Of a stretch of DNA of 64,000 nt, positions 34,533 to 44,356 are shown piece after piece. Where the stretch lies: positions 2,354 through 66,353 of the forward strand of contig JBIOTN010000223.1 in assembly GCA_044866005.1 (NCBI GenBank), read 5' to 3'. The translations under genes were made by a program, and so were the position numbers. Under the pieces are notes generated by a model. That model saw nothing but the letters and a program-made list of their open reading frames with translations, made no database searches and was not told where the DNA came from. Position 1 is the stretch's first letter. Each line of letters opens with the position of its first letter. This DNA is from Candidatus Rokuibacteriota bacterium (GTDB lineage: Bacteria > Methylomirabilota > Methylomirabilia > Rokubacteriales > DASRDR01).

Positions 34533-35399
34533 CTACCGGAGCCCGTACAGGCGCTCGGCGTTGGTGTGGGCGATGCGCTCGGCCGCCTGCGGGGGCAGCT
34601 CGCCCAGCACGCGGCGCGTCCACCGCATGAGGCGGTCGAGCATCTCGGGCTTGAAGAGCTGCGGGGCCCACACGTCGAGCCCGACCAGCACGCGGTCGGC
34701 GTGCTCGCTCAGGAGCGCCTTCCACCCGGCGCCGAGCGGGCCGGTCTCGGTGGCGAGCGCCGGCGTGCGCAGGAAGTGCATCCCGGAGACGTCGAGGTAG
34801 AGGTTCTCGTGGCGCGCGAGCAGTGCGGCGAGCGCGCGGGGCTCGCCGCTGCCGGCGTGGGCGAGCACGATGCGGGCCTTCCGGTCGTGGGCGAGCGCCC
34901 GCTCCAGCTCGGCCGTCGTTTCGGGCGTCAGCTCGTCGTGGATCACGAGCGGCACGCCGTGCCGCGCGCAGGCGTCGAGGACGGCGAGGAACGCGGGCGC
35001 GTCCGCGGCGCGGCGGATCTTCCGCGAGGCCTGGTGGATGTGCACCTCGCCCGCCCCCTTGAACCGCCCCGTGGCCAGGAGCGCCTCGAGGCGCTTGGCG
35101 GCGTCGGCCGCCGTGGGGTCCGGCACCGGGGCGAACGGGATCACGCGCTCGGGGAGGCGCCGGGCCGCGGCCTCGATCCACGCGGCGTCGTCCTTCTGGA
35201 CCCCGCCGACGCCGAGCAGGGCGACGCGGGTGAGGCGGTGGCGATCCATCGCGGCGATCAGCGCGTCGAGGACCTGGGGGTTCGGCAGGTGCGAGTGGGC
35301 GTCGATCAGCGGCCCTTCGTACGGTGCCGCGGCGCGTGCGGCCGCGGGCGCCAGGGCGAGCGCGAGCAGGAGCAGGCACGTCGCGAGCACGCGGCGCAC
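34533..35399 (-). CDS. amidohydrolase-superfamily metal-dependent hydrolase (TIM-barrel), secreted
   Basis: Signal peptide. Metal-binding His motifs IDAHSHLP, GEVHIHQ, VLAHAG and Asp (GLDVW) typical of amidohydrolase_2/TatD-like folds. Confidence 0.7.
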   Translation of the reverse strand: MRRVLATCLLLLALALAPAAARAAAPYEGPLIDAHSHLPNPQVLDALIAAMDRHRLTRVALLGVGGVQKDDAAWIEAAARRLPERVIPFAPVPDPTAADAAKRLEALLATGRFKGAGEVHIHQASRKIRRAADAPAFLAVLDACARHGVPLVIHDELTPETTAELERALAHDRKARIVLAHAGSGEPRALAALLARHENLYLDVSGMHFLRTPALATETGPLGAGWKALLSEHADRVLVGLDVWAPQLFKPEMLDRLMRWTRRVLGELPPQAAERIAHTNAERLYGLR

Positions 35400-35527
35400 A
35401 GCCCGAGCCTAGCGGAGGGTCCGACGGCTGTCAAACCGGCGCGCGGCGGCACGTCGCGGTTTCCGGGCCGGCAGGGCTATACTGCGAGTGAGGACCGCGA
35501 CGCGACCCGGCGATCGCGGAGCCCGCC

Positions 35528-36697
35528 ATGAACTTCGCCCTGACCGAGTCCCAGGAGCTGATCCGTAAGGAAGTCGCCGCGCTCGCGCGGACGTTCGGCT
35601 GGGAGTACTGGCGCGAGAAGGACCGGAAGGGCGAGTACCCGACCGAGTTCGTGGAGGCCTTCGCCCGGGCGGGCTGGCTCGGGCTCGTCATCCCCGAGCC
35701 CTACGGCGGCGCCGGGCTGGGGGTGACGGAGGCCTGCCTCATGCTCGAGGCGATCTGCGCCTCGGGGGCCGGCCTGTCCGGGGCGTCGCCGGTCCACTTC
35801 GCCGTCTTCCCGCCGATGCCCATCATCAAGCACGGCAGCGAGTCGCTGCGCCGCCGCGTCCTGCCCGGCATCGCCGCGGGGACCGTGCGCCTCGCCTTCG
35901 GCGTCACCGAGCCGGACGCGGGGACCGATACGAGCCGGATCCAGACGACCGCCCGGCGCGACGGCCAGGGCTTCGTCGTGACCGGACGGAAGGTGTGGAC
36001 GTCGAACGCGCGGCATTCGCAGAAAATGCTCCTCCTGGCACGGACCACCCCGTACGACGCGGTCGGGCCGCGGAAGCTCGAGGGCCTGACGCTCTTCGTC
36101 GCCGACCTCGACCCGGCGACCGTGACGCTCCGCGAGATCGACAAGCTCGGCCGCGCGGCGGTCGACTCGAACGAGGTGGTCATCGACGGGCTCCGCGTCG
36201 CCGACGAGGACGTGGTCGGCGAGGTGGGCCGCGGGTTCTACCACCTGCTCGACTCGCTCAACCCCGAGCGGATCCTCGTCGCCGCCGAGGCGGTCGGCAT
36301 CGGGCGCGCGGCCCTCGACCGCGCCGCCGAGTACGCGCGCCAGCGCGTCGTCTTCGATCGGCCGATCGGGCAGAACCAGGCGATCGCTCACCCCCTGGCC
36401 GCGGCCTGGGCGCACCTGGAGGGCGCGTTCACGCTGGCGCTCCGCGCCGCCTGGCTCTTCGACCGCGGGCTTCCCTGCGGCGCCGAGGCGAACGCCGCCA
36501 AGCTCCTGGCTGCCGACGCCGGCTTCGCGGCCTGCGATGCCGCGCTCCAGACCTTCGGCGGCTTCGGCTACGCGAAGGAGTTCCACGTCGAGCGCCTGTG
36601 GCGCGAGGTACGCCTCTACAAGATCGCGCCGGTGTCCCAGGAGATGGTCCTGAACTACCTCGCCGAGCGCGTGCTGGGCCTGCCCAAGTCCTACTGA
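35528..36697 (+). CDS. acyl-CoA dehydrogenase
   Basis: MNFALTESQELIRKEVAALAR... with ACAD N, middle (AFGVTEPDAGTD) and C (QTFGGFGYAKEFHVERLWREVRLYKI) domains. Confidence 0.85.
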   Translation: MNFALTESQELIRKEVAALARTFGWEYWREKDRKGEYPTEFVEAFARAGWLGLVIPEPYGGAGLGVTEACLMLEAICASGAGLSGASPVHFAVFPPMPIIKHGSESLRRRVLPGIAAGTVRLAFGVTEPDAGTDTSRIQTTARRDGQGFVVTGRKVWTSNARHSQKMLLLARTTPYDAVGPRKLEGLTLFVADLDPATVTLREIDKLGRAAVDSNEVVIDGLRVADEDVVGEVGRGFYHLLDSLNPERILVAAEAVGIGRAALDRAAEYARQRVVFDRPIGQNQAIAHPLAAAWAHLEGAFTLALRAAWLFDRGLPCGAEANAAKLLAADAGFAACDAALQTFGGFGYAKEFHVERLWREVRLYKIAPVSQEMVLNYLAERVLGLPKSY

Positions 36698-36711
36698 CGG
36701 CCTGGAGGTTC

Positions 36712-39285
36712 GTGACTCTCGCGCGCTGGCTCCGCACCCATCGGGGCCTCGCGGCCTTCGCCGCGGGGGCCTTCCTCACGCTGGTCGCCCTCGCGGTGGT
36801 CGGGTACCTCGTGCTCTCGGACCAGCGCCGCTCGGCGCGCGTCCTCGCCGCGGCGCTCTCCCAGGCGCTGGCGCGCGAGGTGCGCATCGGGCGTGTGACC
36901 GACCTCAACACGCAGCGCGTCGTGATGCGCGGCGTCGAGTTGCCCCGGGAAGGGGGCTGGCCGGCGAGGGTCACGGCCGACCGCGTGGAGGCGACCGGGC
37001 CGCTCCTGGCGGCGGCGCGCGGGGAGGCGGCGCCCATCCGGCTCACCGTGAGCCGGCCCGTCGTGGAGCTCGGGCCCGGGGGCCCGGCCGCGGGCCTGGC
37101 CGCGCTGGAGACGGCGCGAACGGGCCTGGCGGGGTTTCTCCGCGGACCGATGCTGCTCGATCTCGCGCTGACGGGTGGGACCGCGCAGCACGGGGGCGAG
37201 GTCACGGTATTCGATCTGACCCTCCGCAAGGGACGCGGGGAGGCCAGGGGCGAGCTGGTCGCGCGCGACGCCCGCGGCGCGCCCCTGGTGGTCACGCTCG
37301 AGGGCCGGCTCGAGGGCGACACGGCGCGCCTCCTCGCGAGCACGCGCGGGCGCGCGGCGCCGCTCGCGGCCTGGCTGCCCGCCGCCAGCGCCGCGGCCCT
37401 CGGCGACCGCGACCTCGACGTGCGCCTGACGCTCGACCTGGCCCCCGGGGGGCAGCTCCTGGCCCGCGGGTCGCTCGCGCTCGGCGACGTCATCGGGGCG
37501 GAAGGGGCGGCGACCGTCCGGGATGGCCTCGTCGAGCTCAGCCTCGCGCGCACGGTGGCCGATCTGGCCTTCGCCGCCTCGGTGGCGCAGCTCGGCTGGC
37601 AGCCGGCGGGGCGCGTCGAGCTGACCGACGTGACGGCGGCGTGGCGGCCCGAGGCAGGCGTGCGGCCCACCGCGCGCGCCACCCTCCGGCTCGCCTCGCT
37701 CGGGCTGCCCGCCGCGGCCGTCGGCGCGGAGGTGGCCGCCGACGGCGTGGACGGTCGCGTCACGCTCGAGCCGGCCGGGGCCGGCTTCGCGCTGGACGGG
37801 GACCTCGGGGCGAGCCACGTGCGGGTCGGGGGCCTCGACGTGGCGCCGGCGCGGACGCGCTACCGCGTGACGCTCGACGCGCAGGGGGGCGTGAGCCGGG
37901 CCGACCTCGACGGCCTGAGCGCGCGCATCGAGGAGGCCGCGCTCCAGGGGCGGCTCCACTACGACGTCGCGGCGCGGCGACTCGAGGGACAGCTCGGCGG
38001 CGAGGACGTGGAGGCCGCCGGGCTCGCCCGGCGGCTCGCGCCGGGCTGGCTCGGCCCGCGCGACCGCCTCCGGCTGACCGGGCTCCGCGTCACGCTGACC
38101 GGCCTCGATCCCGTGGAGCGGCGCGCGGGCGCCGCGCGGCTCGAGGCGCGCGGCCTCCGGCTCGGCCGGCCGGACGGCGAGCTTGCGAGCGGCCCCGCGA
38201 CGGCCCGGGCCGACCTCGCGCGGAACGGGGCCACGGTCGCGCTCACCCTCGATGGCGTCACGGGGTCGCTTCCCGTGTTGAGCGGCAGCCTCCCGCGGGT
38301 CGTGGGCTCGCTCGAGCTCGGCCGCGGTGCGGACGGCGCGCTCGCGGCCGAGCGCGCGACGCTCGCCGCCCGCGACCGCCAGGGGACGGAGCTTCTCACC
38401 GCGGACCTCGTGCGCGCCGCGCCGGCCGGGCGTTTGCGGCTCTCCGCGCGCGCGCCGGCGCTCGAGCGGCTGGGGGGACTCTGGCCCGCGGTGAGCCGCC
38501 GGGTGAACGGATCGGCGCGGCTCGACGTCGAACTGCCAGGGCCCGGGCTCGAGGCGGCGGACGGCCGGCTCGCGCTGACGGTGCCGGAGGCCGAGCTCTG
38601 GGACGGGAAAGTGGCGGTGCGCGACCTGGAGGCCGATCTGCCCGTGCGGCGCGGCACCGCGATGCCCGGGGAGCCGCCGTGGGGACGCCTGGACGTCGGG
38701 GAGCTGATCGCCTACGGCGTCGTGGCGCGTGACGTGACGACGCCGGCGCGCGTCTGGAGGGACCGCCTGAGCTTGAACGACCTGAGCTACGCTCTGTATT
38801 CTGGTGACGGCAAGGGCTGGAGCGAGATCGAGCTCCAGCCCGCGGCGCTCGCCGCGCGCGGCCAGCTCACCGGGGAGCGGGTTCGGGTCGAGGAGTTCAT
38901 CGGCGCCTACGGCATTCGGGGCGGGACCATGACGGGCCTGCTCCGCTACAGCGTGGACTACGAGTATCGCGCGGGCCATCTCGGCGTGAACGGCCGCTTC
39001 GAGGTGCCGCGCGGGGGGACGGTGAACATCGAGCTCTTGAACCGGCTGCTGGTGCACGCCCAGGCGGACCCCACGGGCATCCTCCGCCAGACGCTCGAGA
39101 ACCTGACCGCCTTCGAGTACAAGGACGCGGCGGCCGAGGTGCACTCCGCGGCGGACGACCTGCGGGTGAGCTTGACCCTGCGAGGCCGGGAGCGGCTCCT
39201 GATCCTGCCGCCCAAGGTACGGGAGATCAACATCCGGAACATGCCGCTGTCGTTCGTGGCGCGGCAGTTCCCCGGATTGCACTGA
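36712..39285 (+). CDS. large membrane-anchored AsmA-like/YdbH-like protein (putative intermembrane lipid-transport protein)
   Basis: GTG 36712 preceded by GGAGG. Single N-terminal TM (GLAAFAAGAFLTLVALAVVGYLVL). ~850 aa, Ala/Leu/Arg-rich beta-rich body. C-terminal region (RYSVDYEYRAGHLGVNGRFEVPRGGTVNIELLNRLL...REINIRNMPLSF) resembles the YdbH C-terminal domain. Followed by a YnbE/YdbL-like gene, as in the ydbH-ynbE-ydbL operon. Confidence 0.5.
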   Translation: MTLARWLRTHRGLAAFAAGAFLTLVALAVVGYLVLSDQRRSARVLAAALSQALAREVRIGRVTDLNTQRVVMRGVELPREGGWPARVTADRVEATGPLLAAARGEAAPIRLTVSRPVVELGPGGPAAGLAALETARTGLAGFLRGPMLLDLALTGGTAQHGGEVTVFDLTLRKGRGEARGELVARDARGAPLVVTLEGRLEGDTARLLASTRGRAAPLAAWLPAASAAALGDRDLDVRLTLDLAPGGQLLARGSLALGDVIGAEGAATVRDGLVELSLARTVADLAFAASVAQLGWQPAGRVELTDVTAAWRPEAGVRPTARATLRLASLGLPAAAVGAEVAADGVDGRVTLEPAGAGFALDGDLGASHVRVGGLDVAPARTRYRVTLDAQGGVSRADLDGLSARIEEAALQGRLHYDVAARRLEGQLGGEDVEAAGLARRLAPGWLGPRDRLRLTGLRVTLTGLDPVERRAGAARLEARGLRLGRPDGELASGPATARADLARNGATVALTLDGVTGSLPVLSGSLPRVVGSLELGRGADGALAAERATLAARDRQGTELLTADLVRAAPAGRLRLSARAPALERLGGLWPAVSRRVNGSARLDVELPGPGLEAADGRLALTVPEAELWDGKVAVRDLEADLPVRRGTAMPGEPPWGRLDVGELIAYGVVARDVTTPARVWRDRLSLNDLSYALYSGDGKGWSEIELQPAALAARGQLTGERVRVEEFIGAYGIRGGTMTGLLRYSVDYEYRAGHLGVNGRFEVPRGGTVNIELLNRLLVHAQADPTGILRQTLENLTAFEYKDAAAEVHSAADDLRVSLTLRGRERLLILPPKVREINIRNMPLSFVARQFPGLH

Positions 39286-39297
39286 GGAGATCGCACC

Positions 39298-39909
39298 ATG
39301 ATGACGCGCGTGGGGCGCCGCCTGTTCCTCCTGGGCCTCGCCGGCCTTCTCGCCGCCTGTGTCCCCGTGACCGTCAACGTCAACTTCCCGCAGGAGAAGA
39401 TCGAGGGCGCGGCGGATCGGATCGAGGACATGGTCCGGAGCCCGGAGAATCCGAAGCCCGCGCCGGCCGCCCCGAAGAAGGGGCCGCAGGGGAGCCTCGG
39501 GCGTCGCGTGCTCGCCGCGCTCGCCCCGCGGCAAGCCGAGGCTCAGACCCGGAACGTCGACGTGATGCCCGAGATCCGCGTGCGGACGCCGGAGCTGATG
39601 AAGGCGATCGAGTCTCGTCGCGCCCGGCGGGCCGAGCTCGACCAGTGGAAGAGGCGTGGCTGCATCGGCGAGACCAATCAGGCGCTCCTGGAAGCCCGCC
39701 CGGGCCAGGACTGCTCGCCCGAGGTGGCACGACTGATCGGCGCGGAGAACGCCGACCGCCAGTACATCGTCCGGACGCTGATGGAGCAGAACAACATGCC
39801 GCAGGCCGACGCGCCGCGGGTGTATGCGGCCTTCGCCAAGATCCGGCGCGAACGGTCGAATCCGGGGGACTGGGTCCAGCAGGAGGACGGCTCCTGGGTC
39901 AAGAAGTAG
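39298..39909 (+). CDS. fusion of a YnbE-like lipoprotein module and a YdbL-like (DUF1318) periplasmic domain
   Basis: ATG preceded by GAGGAG. Lipobox LLAAC followed by VPVTVNVNFPQEKIEGAADRIEDMV (YnbE-like ITINMNVKIEHEI pattern). C-terminal ELDQWKRRGCIGETNQALLEARPGQ...AENADRQYIV...WVQQEDGSWVKK (DUF1318/YdbL-like). Confidence 0.5.
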   Translation: MMTRVGRRLFLLGLAGLLAACVPVTVNVNFPQEKIEGAADRIEDMVRSPENPKPAPAAPKKGPQGSLGRRVLAALAPRQAEAQTRNVDVMPEIRVRTPELMKAIESRRARRAELDQWKRRGCIGETNQALLEARPGQDCSPEVARLIGAENADRQYIVRTLMEQNNMPQADAPRVYAAFAKIRRERSNPGDWVQQEDGSWVKK

Positions 39910-40135
39910 CGCGCCGTGCCGATAAGCGTCGCATCCCGGCGTCCTGCATCACGGCCGGGACGCGCTCGGCCTGCGGGCTCGCGGCCGTCCCGGCCTCTGG
40001 GGTCGTCGGCGGCCCTCAACGTACACCCGCGTACGCTTCGGGCCGCCTCCTCCCTGCGTCCCGGGGCTGCTCGCTTCTCGGCCCGGCGCCTGCCACCGTC
40101 GCCGCCGTGCCGATGACCGTACTTCGGCCGGGCGT
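39906..40135. repeat. intergenic repeat family B copy (with 56-bp additional module)
   Basis: Aligns to 25560-25735 and to 63229-63320. Confidence 0.8.
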
Positions 40136-40150
40136 CCGGCTGGTCGCGTA

Positions 40151-40849
40151 GTGGCGCTCCGTGCCGTCTTTCTGGATGCCGGCAATACCCTGGTCGCGCT
40201 CGACTACGAGGTCATCGCCGACCGGGTGCGGGCCGAGGGTCACCCGGTGCGGGCCGCCGAGGTCCGGCAGGCCGAGCAGCGCGCGCGGGTTCGCCTCGAC
40301 CCCCACCTCGGAGGGACGCGGGCGACCGAAACGGCGGACACCTTCCGCCTCTACGTGCGCTACCTCCTCGACGAGCTGGGGCTTCCGTGGCACGGCACCG
40401 CGGACCGCCTCGCCGAGGAGCTGCGCGTCGCCAAGCCCCCCAACGGCCTGTGGTCGGTCGAGGTGCCGGAGGCCGCGCCGGTGCTCGACGCCCTGCGCCG
40501 CCGCGGCCTGCGTCTGGCCGTCGTGTCCAACTCGGGTGGGAACGTCGCCGACATCCTGGCCTCGGTCGGCCTCGCCGAGCGGGTCGACGTGATCGTGGAC
40601 TCGGGGCGCCTCGGCGTGGAAAAGCCGGACCCGCGGATCTTCGCCCACGCGGCCGCCGCGCTCGACGTCCGGCCGGAGGAGGCCGTCCACGTGGGCGACC
40701 TCTACTCGGTGGACGTCGTGGGAGCCCGGGCCGCCGGGTGCCGGGCGATCCTCCTCGACCCCCTGGGGGCCTGGAAGGCGGTCGACTGCCTGACGGCGCC
40801 GGACCTTCCCGCAGCGGCGCGGCTCATCGAAGCCCTCATCGACCCCTAG
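40151..40849 (+). CDS. HAD-superfamily hydrolase (subfamily IA)
   Basis: GTG start. Motif I AVFLDAGNTLV, motif II VVSNS, motif III GVEKPDPRIF, motif IV VGDLYSVDVVGARAAG. Confidence 0.7.
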   Translation: MALRAVFLDAGNTLVALDYEVIADRVRAEGHPVRAAEVRQAEQRARVRLDPHLGGTRATETADTFRLYVRYLLDELGLPWHGTADRLAEELRVAKPPNGLWSVEVPEAAPVLDALRRRGLRLAVVSNSGGNVADILASVGLAERVDVIVDSGRLGVEKPDPRIFAHAAAALDVRPEEAVHVGDLYSVDVVGARAAGCRAILLDPLGAWKAVDCLTAPDLPAAARLIEALIDP

Positions 40850-40981
40850 GGCGGCCGGGCGGACCGGCATCGTGTCCGCGGGCTGACGCGGTGTCTCCCC
40901 CTGGATGCGGCGCGATGGCGCGCCGTAACGGCGCGGGATGCCGCTGCCACGGCCCGAGGCCGGAAAATCCCGCCTCCTCTG

Positions 40982-41000
40982 CTGTCCAGATCATGGACAG
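40982..41000. promoter_or_regulatory. perfect 7-5-7 palindrome CTGTCCA-GATCA-TGGACAG, candidate transcription-factor operator
   Basis: Inverted repeat read directly from the sequence, ~185 nt upstream of the small ORF at 41185, in a 330-bp intergenic region. A CGTCGCA direct repeat at 41048-41066 follows. Confidence 0.35.
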
Positions 41001-41184
41001 CCGGGGTGAGCGGCGACAGCCGCTCGCGGTCGCCCCATCCGGTAACGTCGCAAAATGTCGCACGCGGCCCCCGACCGGGCGTGCCGGCCCAGGGGTTGGC
41101 ATTACAGTCGCATGCGCTCGCTGCCGACGGTAGTTGCCACCGCGACTGCGGCCCGACCCACACCGAGGCACGGGAGGACGAAAC

Positions 41185-41421
41185 ATGTTCGGGTTCATGC
41201 TCGACGAGACCGAGACCCACGATAACGGCACGGCGAGCGCGTCGTGCCAAATCTGCCACATCCGCCTGGCGCCTCGGGCTCCCCGGGTCGTGATCGCGGA
41301 GGCCGTCCACCATCGCGACTGCTACGAGGCGGTCCACCTGAAGAAAACCGGCAAGCGGCCTCGCCTGGTGTCCGCCTCGGCCGTCGGCGGAAACGGCCAT
41401 ACCTACCGCCCGGCGGCGTGA
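41185..41421 (+). CDS. hypothetical small Cys/His-containing protein
   Basis: ATG preceded by GGGAGG. 78 aa with CQICH (a CxxCH-type motif) and HHRDC. No signal peptide. No family recognised. Confidence 0.3.
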   Translation: MFGFMLDETETHDNGTASASCQICHIRLAPRAPRVVIAEAVHHRDCYEAVHLKKTGKRPRLVSASAVGGNGHTYRPAA

Positions 41422-41664
41422 GACGGGCTCTGCGGCGGGCTGAGGAGCCGGTGCCCGGACGACGTCCGCGGGGTGACCGGTCCCGCCGGGACGAGCCCCT
41501 GACTCGGCCGCTCGAGCCCCCGGCTCGGTCACCCGACCCGGACGTTCCCCCGCCCGTCCACCTGGCGGCGCGGCCGGCAGCGGCCGGCCGACCCCGGCTC
41601 CGCCCACCGCGGAAGCCGGCCGTCCGGAGACGGAGGGGTGCCGGGTAGCACGAAAGGAGCAGGA

Positions 41665-41898
41665 ATGAACCGCGACACTCTCAAGGGTCAGTGGATGCAG
41701 CTCAAGGGACGGATCCGTCAGCAGTGGGGCAACCTGACCGACGACGACGTCGACCGGATGCAGGGCACCGCCGAGGAGCTCATCGGCAAGATCCAGGAGC
41801 GCTACGGCCGCACCCGCGAGCAGGCCGAGCAGGAGCTCGACCGCTGGCTCGCCAGCCAGCGGCAGGAGGGCCCGGAGCGGCCTCGTAAGGTGTCCTAG
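41665..41898 (+). CDS. csbD: CsbD-family stress-response protein
   Basis: ATG preceded by AAGGAG. MNRDTLKGQWMQLKGRIRQQWGNLTDDDVDRMQGTAEELIGKIQERYGRTREQAEQEL is the canonical CsbD pattern. Confidence 0.65.
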   Translation: MNRDTLKGQWMQLKGRIRQQWGNLTDDDVDRMQGTAEELIGKIQERYGRTREQAEQELDRWLASQRQEGPERPRKVS

Positions 41899-41916
41899 CC
41901 CGTCCCGCGATGCGCC

Positions 41917-41948
41917 CTCGCGTGCCCCGCGCGCTCGGGGCACGCGAG
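41917..41948 (+). terminator. GC-rich hairpin (CTCGCGTGCCCCG-cgcgct-CGGGGCACGCGAG) 20 nt after the csbD stop; no U-tract
   Basis: Inverted repeat read directly from the sequence. Confidence 0.3.
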
Positions 41949-42132
41949 GAGGCGCGTACGCGAGCCGACCAGCGTCGCGATCCCCGTCCCGGCCCCGACC
42001 GCCAGCCTCTCCCCTCGTCGCCGTCCCGGTCTGTCCCGCCCTCCGTCGCCGACCCGCCTCGCTTGACCGTGTTCGCGCCGTCGTGCTACCAAGGGAGGGT
42101 CGTCGCGTCACGCCGCACCGACAGCGCCACTG

Positions 42133-43326
42133 ATGGACTTCCGCTACTCCGCCGCCGAGGAGGCCTTTCGGGCCGAGCTCTCCGCGTGGCTCGCCGCCGA
42201 GCTGCCCGCCCATCGCGCGGAGTGGCCGCCGACGGACGACGAGTTCACGCTCCACCCCGACCGCGCCTTCGACGCCTGCCTGGCGTGGCACCGGCGACTT
42301 CACAAGGGGGGCTGGGTCGGCATCGCGTGGCCGCGCGAGTACGGCGGGCGCGGGGCCACGCTCGTCGAGCAGATGGTCTTCCAGGAAGAGATGGTGAAGG
42401 CCGGCGCCCCCCCGGGGGTGAACACGATCGGCCTCATGCTGGTCGGCCCGGCGCTCATGGCGTGGGGAAGCGAGGAGCAGCGCCGGCGGTACCTGCCGCC
42501 GATCCTCGCCGCGGACGAGCTCTGGTGTCAGGGCTTCTCGGAGCCCGGCGCCGGCTCGGATCTGGCGTCCCTCCAGACGCGCGCCGTCGTCGACGACGGC
42601 GGCTTCCGCGTCTCGGGGCAGAAGGTCTGGACGTCCCACGCGCACCGCAGCCAATTCAGCATCCTGCTCGTCCGGACGGACCCGGCCGCGCCGAGGCACG
42701 AGGGGATCTCCTGCCTCCTGGTCGACATGCGAAGCCCCGGCATCACGATCCGCCCGCTCGTCCAGATCACCGGCGACGCCGAGTTCAACGAGGTCTTCTT
42801 CGACGACGTCCGCGTGCCCCGCGCCCACCTCGTGGGCCCGCTCCACGGCGGCTGGAAGGTCGCGATCACCGTGCTCATGTACGAGCGGGCCGGGCTCGGC
42901 AACCAGACGAACCTCCACCACTACACGCGCCTGCTCCTCGACCTGGCGCGCCGGACCCGGTGCGGCGACCGGCCGGCCGCGGCGGATCCCGTCACGCGAC
43001 AGGCGCTCGCCCAGTGCTGGATCGAGGCGGAGGCGCTGCGGCTCACGGGCCTGCGGTCCATCACGCGCCGGCTCCGCGGCGAGCCGCCAGGGCCCGAGGG
43101 CTCCATCCTGAAGCTGGCGTTCACGGAGGCGTACGTGCGGATGGCGGAGACCGCGGCTCACATCCTCGGCCCGCACGGCCTGCTCTGGCGCGGCACGCCC
43201 CGCGCCGTGGACGCCGGGCGCTGGGCCTTCCAGGCCCTCTTCGCCCGGCGGTTCGGGATCGCCGGCGGCACCTCCGAGATCCAGCGCAACATCATCGGCG
43301 AACGCATCCTTGGCCTCCCCCGCTGA
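42133..43326 (+). CDS. acyl-CoA dehydrogenase
   Basis: MDFRYSAAEEAFRAELSAWL..., ACAD middle domain (CQGFSEPGAGSDLASL) and C-terminal domain. Confidence 0.85.
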   Translation: MDFRYSAAEEAFRAELSAWLAAELPAHRAEWPPTDDEFTLHPDRAFDACLAWHRRLHKGGWVGIAWPREYGGRGATLVEQMVFQEEMVKAGAPPGVNTIGLMLVGPALMAWGSEEQRRRYLPPILAADELWCQGFSEPGAGSDLASLQTRAVVDDGGFRVSGQKVWTSHAHRSQFSILLVRTDPAAPRHEGISCLLVDMRSPGITIRPLVQITGDAEFNEVFFDDVRVPRAHLVGPLHGGWKVAITVLMYERAGLGNQTNLHHYTRLLLDLARRTRCGDRPAAADPVTRQALAQCWIEAEALRLTGLRSITRRLRGEPPGPEGSILKLAFTEAYVRMAETAAHILGPHGLLWRGTPRAVDAGRWAFQALFARRFGIAGGTSEIQRNIIGERILGLPR

Positions 43327-43452
43327 TCACCTCGGCGGGGGGCCGGGCCCCCCTCCGACGGCGCTCCGGGCGAAGCCCGGCCGGTCGCTCTTCAGCGACG
43401 GGCTCGCGCCTGCCTCCCCCCGCGCCGCCACCCCGTCGCGGGTCTCGCGTTC

Positions 43453-44241
43453 GTGACGCAGCCTCCGGACGCCCTACTGGAGGTCGCGGTCGAGGCGGCA
43501 CGCGGCGCCGGCGCGCTGGCCCTCCGCTACTTCACCGGCGGCTTCGACGTCACGCTCAAGGCGGACCGGACGCCGGTGACCCAGGCCGACCGCGAGGCGG
43601 AGGCGGCGATCGTGGCGCAGCTCGGCGCCGCGTTCCCCGACGTCGGGTTCCTCGGGGAAGAGTTCGGCGCCCGGGGGCCTCAGGCACGACGCTGGATCAT
43701 CGACCCGATCGACGGGACGAAGAACTTCGTCCGCGGCCTCCCGTACTGGGCCACTCTCCTGGCGCTCGAGGAAGAAGGCGAGGTGACGCTGGGCGTCGTC
43801 CACGCGCCGGCCACCGGCGACCTCTTGTGGGGGCGGCGGGGCCAGGGCGCTTTCGCGAACGGGACGCGGCTTCGCGTGTCGGGGGTCGACCGGCTCGGCG
43901 AGGCGACGGTGCTCCACTCGAGCCTCAAGTATCTGAGGCGCCTCGCCTCGGCCGGCTACTGGGACGGGTTCGTTCGGCTCGTGGAGGCGACCGAGCGCCA
44001 GCAGGGGTTCGGCGACTACCTCGCGTATACCGTCGTCCTGCGGGGACAGGCCGAGCTGATGCTCGACGCCGACGTCAAGCCGTGGGACCTCGCGCCGTTC
44101 GTGGTTCTCTTCCAGGAAGCCGGCGGACGGCTGACCGACTTCGAAGGCCGGCCGACAATCTACTCGGGCACGGCGCTGGCCTCGAACGCCCGCCTGCACA
44201 CGGCGGCGCTCTCCCTCCTCCACGGCGGCCGCCCCGGCTGA
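43453..44241 (+). CDS. inositol monophosphatase family protein (IMPase/HisN-like)
   Basis: Motifs FLGEE...WIIDPIDGTKNFVRGLPYWA and WDLAPFVVLFQEAGG. Confidence 0.8.
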   Translation: MTQPPDALLEVAVEAARGAGALALRYFTGGFDVTLKADRTPVTQADREAEAAIVAQLGAAFPDVGFLGEEFGARGPQARRWIIDPIDGTKNFVRGLPYWATLLALEEEGEVTLGVVHAPATGDLLWGRRGQGAFANGTRLRVSGVDRLGEATVLHSSLKYLRRLASAGYWDGFVRLVEATERQQGFGDYLAYTVVLRGQAELMLDADVKPWDLAPFVVLFQEAGGRLTDFEGRPTIYSGTALASNARLHTAALSLLHGGRPG

Positions 44242-44269
44242 TCCGCGCGCCGACCCCGGAAGATCGCGA

Positions 44270-44356
44270 CCAGAGTTGCGAAGCATCCGAGCGCCGGCTG
44301 GGCCGGCGCAACGAGGGGGGCCTCGGGGGGGTTTTCCGAACCCCCCCCGAAGGCTA
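44270..44356. repeat. family A repeat copy (GCAACGAGGGGGGCCTCGGGGGGGTTTTCCGAACCCCCCCCGAAGG)
   Basis: Similar to the 45768-45848 and 55441-55511 copies; lies between convergent genes. Confidence 0.7.
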
